The notes below the pieces were generated by a model. The model was not told the DNA's origin and made no database searches. It saw nothing but the letters and a program-made list of their open reading frames with translations. A stretch of 63,701 nucleotides of DNA, the filler included, from Conidiobolus incongruus B7586 (lineage: Eukaryota): the NCBI GenBank assembly GCA_000697335.1. It is 16 parts of 16 records of this genome, joined end to end, with 100 filler letters (N's around TTAATTAATTAA, not from the genome) between each part and the next. Parts side by side here need not be neighbours in the genome. Positions count along the whole stretch, not along the records: positions 52,323 to 57,275 come from JNEM01004099.1; positions 57,376 to 58,746 come from JNEM01004100.1; positions 58,847 to 60,736 come from JNEM01004103.1; positions 60,837 to 61,874 come from JNEM01004105.1; positions 61,975 to 63,701 come from JNEM01004109.1; 11 more parts are not named here. The stretch is one strand, 5' to 3'. The position numbers were made by a program, and so were the translations under genes. Below, one piece after another: positions 54,851-63,701 of this stretch (its first letter is position 1; each line of letters starts with the position of its first letter).

Positions 54851-56379
54851 ATGACTGCTTTTCAACAAATTGACTTTGTTCCTCATATGATTAATCTGGT
54901 ATATATAACCACCGGAGTTATTATGTTGTTAGGAACTCTTTATTACTTTGTCATTTATTTAAGATTTAATGAACCTCATTTAAATCACTTACCAAAGCCT
55001 AGTAATCCGCTTCGATTTTTCTTTGAGGACTTTTGGGAGAATCTAATTGGAAATCCTAGATATTATATTGACCTATTTAAAACTAAAGGCAATGTATTTT
55101 ATATTGGTAATAATGAAGTGTTGATACATACTCAACAAGTTCGTAAGTGGCTTTTGACTCATAAGTTTAAGAAAACGGATATCTATAATTTATTCCAATG
55201 CACTTTACCATCTGTATTTTCAACCACCAACAAATCGTTCCATACCTTTAGGAAGAAGTTGATTGCCCCAGCTTTCAATAACAGAAAATTAGCTGAAATG
55301 GAAGATGCAATTCGCAGAGTTGCTCCCGAAAATATGATCAAATATATTAAGTCACAAATGCCAATTGAGGATGGGGAAAAGTCTGCAGTCATTGATGTTT
55401 ACAGCCTATTTCATAGAGCGACTTTGGATGTAATTGGCCTGTTGGTTATGGGAACCGAATTCAATTGTATTTTGGATACAAAATTAGCTGAACATTTTCT
55501 AGCATGTTTGAGTCAGACGCAAATGGCACTATTTTTTAGAATATTTTTCCCTTTTTTGACTAAAAAGAATCTCCCTATTCAAACTATATTCAAACCTATA
55601 GTTGAAAAAAGCTTAGCTAAACGTTTATCTGGTGAAGAACGATGTGAAGATATTTTACAATCTTTAGTCGATGCTGTAGATAATGAAACTGGTACTAGAT
55701 TAACACCAGAAGAAATTTGGAATGAGTGTGTAATTCTTCTATTCGCAGGCGAGGATACTACATCCAATACACTTACTTGGACACTATACGAAATTCTTAG
55801 AAATCCTGAATTTTATAATCTTATTGAATCAGAAATTTTAGAAACTTTCCCAGAAGATGAGGTAATTACTTTGGAGAAATGTAAAGCTAAATGCCAGTAT
55901 TTGGAAGCTGCTATTCTTGAATCAATGCGTTTTCATCCAGTCGGTGGTGGTCTCATCCCTCGCCTTATACCAGAAGGTGGTGTGACTGTAGATGGCCATT
56001 TCATTCCCGAAGGAGTAAGTTTAAAAATAATATTCTATATTTTCTAACTAATTTTAAATTTTAGACCAAAGTGAATTTCTCAATCTACTCACTTCACCAT
56101 GATCCTGACTTTTGGGATCAGCCTGAAAAATTCAATATTCATCGCTGGCTCAGTGAAGATCGCGAGACTCTCAAAGGCCAAATGCTCGGCTTTAGTATGG
56201 GACCACGAGGTTGCCTTGGCAGAGATTTAGCTTGGGCTGAAATCTATCTCATCCTCGCACATCTCTTCAAATATTTTAGAATGGAATTGAAACCACCTAT
56301 CACACTTACACCCAAAATGTATTTTATTTATAAGCCTTATGAAGAGTTAATGAATGTTCAATTCACCTTAAGAAATTGA
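54851..56379 (+). CDS. Cytochrome P450 monooxygenase (2 exons, about 492 aa)
   Basis: Exons 54851-56014 and 56065-56379 (GTAAGT...CTAAC...TAG intron). N-terminal membrane anchor, I-helix AGEDTT, K-helix ESMR, heme motif FSMGPRGCLG. Confidence 0.95.
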
Positions 56380-59255
56380 ATATAGTGGTTTATAAGCTCA
56401 ATGTAATTAATATAAAAACTGTTCTATCATTTGAATAAGATTATAGTGAATAAAAACTATTGTTTAATATAATTTTATAATCTTTATTAAATTTAACTAT
56501 ATCATGAAGTTTGATAAAGTGGTTATTAATAAATTATATCTTAATTAATAATAATAACAACCTCATTACAGAATTTTAAATATTTTCTTATTTATCTTCA
56601 ATCTTTTTATTAATCTCTCTTATAAATATATTCGCTGTATTATTTATGCCTCAATTTATTATTAAAATTTTTGAATCCTTTTTTTGGATAATTTACACAG
56701 TAATTATTTTCTCCTAAATATACAATACTTTTAATAATATTTTCATGAATACCAAATATTACAGTATTATAATTAATATTATTTATATAATTTTAAGTTA
56801 ATAATTTGATATATATTATTAGTTAAGATAAAAAAAATGACAGATATTTAAATTTAAATTTTAATTTTTCAAATATATCTTTATTAAAAATGTATATACA
56901 GAATATATAAAATAATTAATATTCTTAAATAAAAAATAAATATATTATAATCTAATAAAACTTGATAAATTATCATTAAAAAAATTTTTGTATCAAAATA
57001 TTATTGTTAATAAATTAATTTTTTTCTAATTTTTTTTAATTTATATAATAAATATTATATTTTTTTTGATTTCTTATATTTTAAAAATATTGTAAATATA
57101 AAACAATAATTCATTTAACTTTAGAATTTGAATAATATAACCTTTGTATTATTAAAAATAAAATTTTTTTAAGAATTTACTATAATAAATATATAAAAGA
57201 AAATATTTTATATTATTATTAATATATTTTTATTTTATCTAAAATATAATTCAAATATTTAAATTATAATTTATTNNNNNNNNNNNNNNNNNNNNNNNNN
57301 NNNNNNNNNNNNNNNNNNNTTAATTAATTAANNNNNNNNNNNNNNNNNNNNNNNNNNNNNNNNNNNNNNNNNNNNTTAATTAAAAAAATAATGGATATAT
57401 ATATAAATAATCAATTAATTAAAGCAATTAATTGGGTGGTAATTGAAATAAAAAATAATTGAATAAATTAATTATTAAGTATTGTTAGTATTTTATTATT
57501 TATTATATTATATCTGTCAAATATATTTGGTTTAAAATAAAGTTAATGGTTTATTAGAATTTTTTAAGTATATTAAAATTCGTTTTATAATTATTAAAAA
57601 ATAGCTAAATGGTTATATTAATAATTTTCAAGTTTAATTTGTGATATTTAGATTTGGATTTTTAAAGATTATTTTTATTATATTTCTTTATAATGATTTT
57701 TATCAATTTTTCTTTCAATTTCAGTTTATGGATAATTTTATCAACCTTAATTTATTGTTAAATAAATTTAACTATTTTAATATATATATGTATTTAAAAT
57801 ATGAAATTTATAGAAATATATATCATTTATTATTTTAATAGGTAAATATTAGGTTTAAAAGTTTAATTATATCAATAAATGAATAGAGTATTAAATGAAT
57901 AATTATATTAATCTTGATTAATTTATTTTGATATTTTATATAAAAATTTTATAATATCATTACTTATCAATTATCTTCATTCTGATTAATGATTAACGCT
58001 TAACAATATATCTTATGGTTAATTTTAATAATTATATTTTGTATATAACATTTAAATCCATTAATAAGTTATCTTCAAAGTTTTTTATATATTAAAAATG
58101 TTTTTCTCTTGTTTATTAACTTATTTAATCAAATATTACTTTTAAGAATTTGTAATAATTATTCAATAAGTTTATATTTAGGTTGTAAATTATACTCTTA
58201 AAGAACATTTAATATTAAGCTTAAAATAAGCTAGCCATTAATTATAAATAGATTTCTCTTAAAAAATTGCTTTTTAAGGATATTCTTTAAATCTTCAAAA
58301 TAATTTTTATATTATTAATATAATATTTAGGTCAATAGAGATATACAATAATATCTTCAATAAATAATTTGATGTTGAAAATATTAAAAAAAATTTATTA
58401 TAATTCCTAGAGTTAATGTATTAATTATTTAAATTGAAACTCTCTTAGTACAATGATCCTGAATTAACAGTTATCAAATAAATGTTTTTTATAGGGTAAT
58501 AAGTTTTTAGTAATTAAAGACTTAAATTAATTTAATATACAATATATTATATTAAAATATAATAGGGGTAATTATTATAATTTATAAAATAAAAAATAGA
58601 TTATTTTATATTGAATAAAATTTAGAAAAAATATAAAATATTAATATAATATTGTTGTAAATAAATATTAGTTTTTAATAAGTTTTTTATAGTTTTATAA
58701 TTATAATTAAATAAATATATTTGAAAATAAATTAATATAATAAAGTNNNNNNNNNNNNNNNNNNNNNNNNNNNNNNNNNNNNNNNNNNNNTTAATTAATT
58801 AANNNNNNNNNNNNNNNNNNNNNNNNNNNNNNNNNNNNNNNNNNNNTAATAATTTTAAATAAATAAAATTAAACTTATAAAATAATTATTAAATAATAAT
58901 AATATAAAGAACTATTATATCTGACATAATTTTTAAATTATAACCCATATTATTACAATTTTTGAATAGTTATAAGATAGGCTTATTAATGAAATTTTAA
59001 TTAATAAATTATTTAATTAATAAAATAATATATTTCAATATTCAATAAAAAAATTCTTTATTAAAATATAAAATTAATTTGGCAAATATATATATATAAA
59101 TTATAAAAATTAAAAACAGATATTATGTTATATTTTGTATATAATATTATATACTAATATCAATATTTAAATATTATTCTAAAAAAAATAATATAAAATT
59201 TTTATATTAATATTTAAGAAAGTTTTTTTCTATAATTATATTTTATAATTACTTA

Positions 59256-60215
59256 TGAGGGAGTATTTTAACTCCTTGTTCCAAAAACTGATGATATTCT
59301 AGATAATCCATTTTATAAGCCATTGTTTGATGAGTTTGATATATTTAAACTATTTGACTTTCCTAAATAAACCCTCTCCTTTATTTCTATTAACTTTAAC
59401 TTTACTCTTTCTTTATCTTTTACTTACCTCTTTGGCTCTTTTGCCTGTACTTTATATCCTTTTATAGGATTCCTCCCAATAGGGCAAGTTTAAACCCTGA
59501 CAAGTGGCAATTCCACCAGGGATTACTGCAGACATCTTGAGAGCAGTTAATCCAATCAAGATAATCATCTAATTTGTGATATCTTACCTTGTACTTTTAT
59601 CTCAAGACTTCCATGTTTCTTTTCTCTATCCTACCCATTCTAGAATTTTCACATAATGGGTAATAATCCTAAGCTTATGAGCTTTTGCCCAAGTTATTAA
59701 TCTCATACCTTCAAAGCTAGTCCATTCATCTTTTTGTGAATTACTGGGTTAATATATCACCTAGCTTTTGCTTATCTCTTTTTATTTCAATTTATCATTT
59801 TGTATATATTTATTATTTTGTTTCTAAGTACTCATAGCCTACCCATTTTTTTGTTTCTCTGGTAGTATAATGAGTGTGGGGATATTCTTTGCCTTTCAGC
59901 TAATTATCAAATCAAAAGATCTTTGATTCAAGCTGGATATAACTTTAGCTTTGAAAAGATAAGATAATGAGGGAGTATTTTAACTCTTTGTTCTAAGAAC
60001 TAGTGATATTCTAGATAATCCATTTTATAAGCCATTGTTTAATAAGTTTGAAATATTTAAACTATCCAACTTTCCTAAATAAACCCTCTCCTCTATTTCT
60101 ATTAACTTTAACTTTATTCTTTCTTTATCTTTTACTTACTTTTTTAGCTTTTTTGCCTTATACTTTATATCCTTTTACAGGATTCCTCCCAATAAGACAA
60201 GTTTAAACCCCAACA
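59256..60215 (+). mobile_element. TRIM-like non-autonomous miniature LTR retrotransposon (960 bp)
   Basis: LTRs 59256-59502 and 59968-60215 (TG...CA), 4-bp TSD CTTA (59252-59255, 60216-60219), PBS TGGCAATTCCACCAGGGA at 59505, purine tract gaaaagataagataa before the 3' LTR, 465-bp interior without a long ORF. Confidence 0.9.
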
Positions 60216-62173
60216 CTTAAAATAATTATAATTATATAAGTTATGATCTAATAATTATATCAAGTATAATAGTTTTTTTTAGTATATTTTGTATTAATAT
60301 TTTATTATAAATTACATATATTAATTTTATAATAATATATCTAATTAATAAAATCAATGATATATATTAGATAATTATTAAAAGTTAATATATTTGAAGA
60401 GAATATAAAATATTATTAATTGATTTATTTATATAAATTAAATATTAAAATCATAAGTCTTTATAATCAACTAAAATAACTATCATATACTTAATAATTG
60501 AATATTTATATATTTAAATTTGTTAAATGGTTGTTTTAATTTAATCTAATATTTTGTTTTATTTTTGAATAAAAAATTATATAAAAAGTCTAAATTTGAT
60601 TATTATAATGATATATTATATTATTCTTTGCTTTTGGTAATAATTTATTAAGTTTTATATACCTAAAATAATATTTTCTGACTTTATATAAAATCATAAG
60701 TTATTTATTTAATATTTATAAATATTAATTTAAGTTNNNNNNNNNNNNNNNNNNNNNNNNNNNNNNNNNNNNNNNNNNNNTTAATTAATTAANNNNNNNN
60801 NNNNNNNNNNNNNNNNNNNNNNNNNNNNNNNNNNNNATATATTTGTTATTATTATTAATTAATATTTTAGTATTAAAGAATTATGTTAATATATCCTTAA
60901 AACATTGAGAAACCAATTTTTTCTATCTTTAACTATTGTTATTTATTTATATAATAGCAATAATTAAAAAGATTTAAAAGTATTTTTATTTCTATAATTA
61001 AAGATTTTATAATTATAACTTATTATTCTATATATAATTAAAATAAAATTAATATTTAAAATTTTAATAATAATAATTACTACTCTATTAATTTACAAGA
61101 TTATATAAATATTTATAATACTTTTACTAAATATAAAAAAATCAAGATAAAGATAATAGATCTATTATTTATAATAAATAATAGTTATATTAAACTGGTA
61201 TAGAGTTTTATTATTTATTTTTAAAAGCTTTGATAAAGTCAAATTCTTTGTAAGTAATTTAGTCAATTATAATAGCTTAAAATCTTTTAAAAAACTAAAA
61301 GAATTTTTTAACAAACTAATTAAACTCCTTAAGAAAATCAACACTTTAGATCTATATAATTTAATAAAAACTTTAATTTTTAAATTAATTTTCTATATTA
61401 AGCTTTAATAGTATTAATATTTAAAAAACATACTTAATCTTACTAGTAATTTTTTTATCTTGATAAAATTTAAATATTTAATTAATATAAACATATAATT
61501 AAGTAAAAATTTTATTTATTAGATATAACTATTTTAGTTTAAAACAAGTTAACAAAAATCACTTAAAAATTTTCAGTTAGATATTTTATAATTAATTTAA
61601 CTAAATTAAAATAAAAATTCTTAACTTATTTAAAGATAAAAAAAAATAAGTTTAAGAAAAGACTTAAGTTTAATATTCCTATAATTGTCTATTCTAAGGT
61701 TAATATAAAAATAAATAGTTCTGCTATTTTGATTATAATAATCATAAAAATAAAAAATAATTAGAATTATATTAAAAGTTTATAAAAAAGATTTTACATA
61801 AGTTTTAATAATTCTCTAACCAAATTATCTAATCTTAGTATTATAGATATATATATAATATAACAAAAAAATATNNNNNNNNNNNNNNNNNNNNNNNNNN
61901 NNNNNNNNNNNNNNNNNNTTAATTAATTAANNNNNNNNNNNNNNNNNNNNNNNNNNNNNNNNNNNNNNNNNNNNTATAATTAATTATAATAAACTATTAT
62001 AAATAAAAGATATATTTTAATTTAAATTTATTTAATTAAAAATAGTTTAAAATATAAATAAATATATAAATAATTTAAATTTTATAACTTAATTTTATAA
62101 GTTAATATATATAACTAATAATAAATATTTTTTTAAATATCATTATAAATTAAATTCATTAATAAATATTATA

Positions 62174-63701
62174 CATTAGCCTGCAAAAATAAGTGATAAA
62201 ATCATAACTACTTATATATTTACCTATATCTTAAACAATTCTTAATTAAATAAATTTAAATTAAAATATATAATTTACCTATATTAGTTAATTATAGTTA
62301 ACTATATTTGATTATATTTCATTAACTATTGATCAATATATTAAAACCTAAAATTTAACCAAGGTGAGTTATAAATTTATAGGTTTATATATTAAAATGA
62401 TATAAATAACAAAACTTATATATATCTTTTTCTTCTTTTGTTATATTATATATATTATAAAACTACTAAGCTAATATTTTAAAATTAATATTATAATGCT
62501 TAAATCTCTCTCTAAAAAAATATACTTATATATTAATTAACTTTATAATAAAAATAAATCAACTTGTGAAATTACTAAAATTACTAATATTAGTTAATTT
62601 ATTATAGCTAGGGTTATTAAGAATAATGCTAAAAAAACACCTAAACCAAAACTTAAATATATTAAAATTATAGATAAACATGATAAAAAGTATATTTATA
62701 GATTAGTTAATATAGGTAAATATAATGCTATTATAGAAATATAACAAGAATTATAAGATTATATAGGAATATTAGTTAGTATTGATATTATTATATATAT
62801 TTTATATTAGAATAGATATCACTTATATTTTAAGAAAAAATACCCCCAACTAAAGAAGTTTTAATATAAAGCTAGATAAGAGTTTAAATGCCAATACTAA
62901 AGTTAAACTAAAACTAACTAGAGTAAAGGTATTTAATCTAATAAAACAATGATATATTTTAATAAATTAATAAAAAAGCTAGATATTTCAAAAAAGATAA
63001 AAAATTACTTTATAGCCATTATATTATTGTAACCCAAAAATATAATAGTGGGTTAATTATAATTTAGGGATATATATTATCTTTAGGTATAGGGTAGTTT
63101 TATAGGGTTGATAGGGGAATTAATACTGAGATATATTAAGATATTTTAAATAATAAATTGAAAAAAATATTAAGTGATATAGGTTGAATAAATTAAATAT
63201 TATTTTCTAACAAAATAATACCCTTTGCTATATTACAAATTCTACTATTAAATGGCTTAAAAATAATAAAACAATAATTATAAAATAACCTCCTTAATTT
63301 TTTAATTTTAATCTAATTAAATATTTTTAAGATTAATTAAAAAAATTAATTAAAGTTTTCCCTTTAGTAAAAAATTTAAATTAACTTTAAAAGTATATTT
63401 AAGAAACTTAGAATAAAATTAGTTTTGCTTAATATAAGAAGCTAGTTAACTTTATACCTTATAAACTTAAAAAAGTTAAAAAAGCAAAAGGTAGATATAC
63501 TAAATATTAATTTTTCTATCAATATTAAAACTTGAAAACTTATTACTTATCTTAAATATACTTTTAGTTTTAATATATCAATTAATAATTAATTAAATTT
63601 AACTTTATATACTATATTATTAATAAAAAATATATATTAATTATATAGTTTAATATAAGTTTATTTAAATTAGATTTGATTAAGATATTAATAGAAATAT
63701 T
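62174..63701 (+). mobile_element. Tc1-like transposon, hypermutated, copy E (right TIR beyond window)
   Basis: TA|CATTAGCCTGCAAAAATAAGTG left TIR. Decayed transposase motifs WSKVIWSDET (about 62918-62948), KxGGGSIMIWG (about 63038-63070), FQQDNxPCH (about 63205-63232) and WPPQSPDLNPIE (about 63286-63321). Confidence 0.88.

Noticed and set aside
25690..56379. msrA, oxidoreductase, ATG22 and P450 as a functional or biosynthetic gene cluster
   Set aside because: No backbone enzyme, genes widely spaced, interrupted by Cdc20, TEs and several assembly gaps.
7686..57838. Short I/L/F/N/K/Y-rich ORFs (7686, 9456, 10772, 13250, 24035, 24539, 25253, 57641)
   Set aside because: Composition is that expected by chance in very AT-rich DNA; no motifs, and one runs into Ns.
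2030..61974. Recurring TTAATTAATTAA palindrome between N runs as a biological repeat or CRISPR-like array
   Set aside because: Identical 100-nt cassette at every gap; it is a six-frame-stop assembly linker. Adjacency and distance across these gaps are not guaranteed.

Overview
Very AT-rich eukaryotic scaffold with mostly short (about 45-60 nt) GT-AG introns and 15 artificial N44-TTAATTAATTAA-N44 linkers. It is probably fungal and early-diverging (Conidiobolus/Entomophthorales-like); the taxon is my inference. Host genes: two tandem, spliced 131-aa proteins that consist almost only of an HSF-type DNA-binding domain (both missed by the ORF track), msrA, a 16-exon Gfo/Idh/MocA oxidoreductase, a Cdc20-family APC/C activator with a five-CCAAT promoter array, ATG22 and a cytochrome P450. 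There is also an unresolved GC-rich small-gene locus near 31.5-31.9 kb. Much of the rest is transposon debris destroyed by C>T/G>A hypermutation: five near-full-length Tc1-like DD34E elements plus two host fragments in nests, a Ty3/gypsy element, a solo LTR of the same family with a 5-bp TSD, and a structurally intact 960-bp TRIM with a 4-bp TSD. Most notable: (i) a RIP-like/methylation-driven mutation process acting at CpA and CpG; (ii) a Tc1 insertion into a TA site apparently created by that process; (iii) DBD-only HSF paralogs homogenised over a 337-bp tract whose differences are almost all transitions; (iv) an animal-like NF-Y/CHR/E2F-style promoter on Cdc20. All alignments, translations and counts were done by eye and need computational confirmation.
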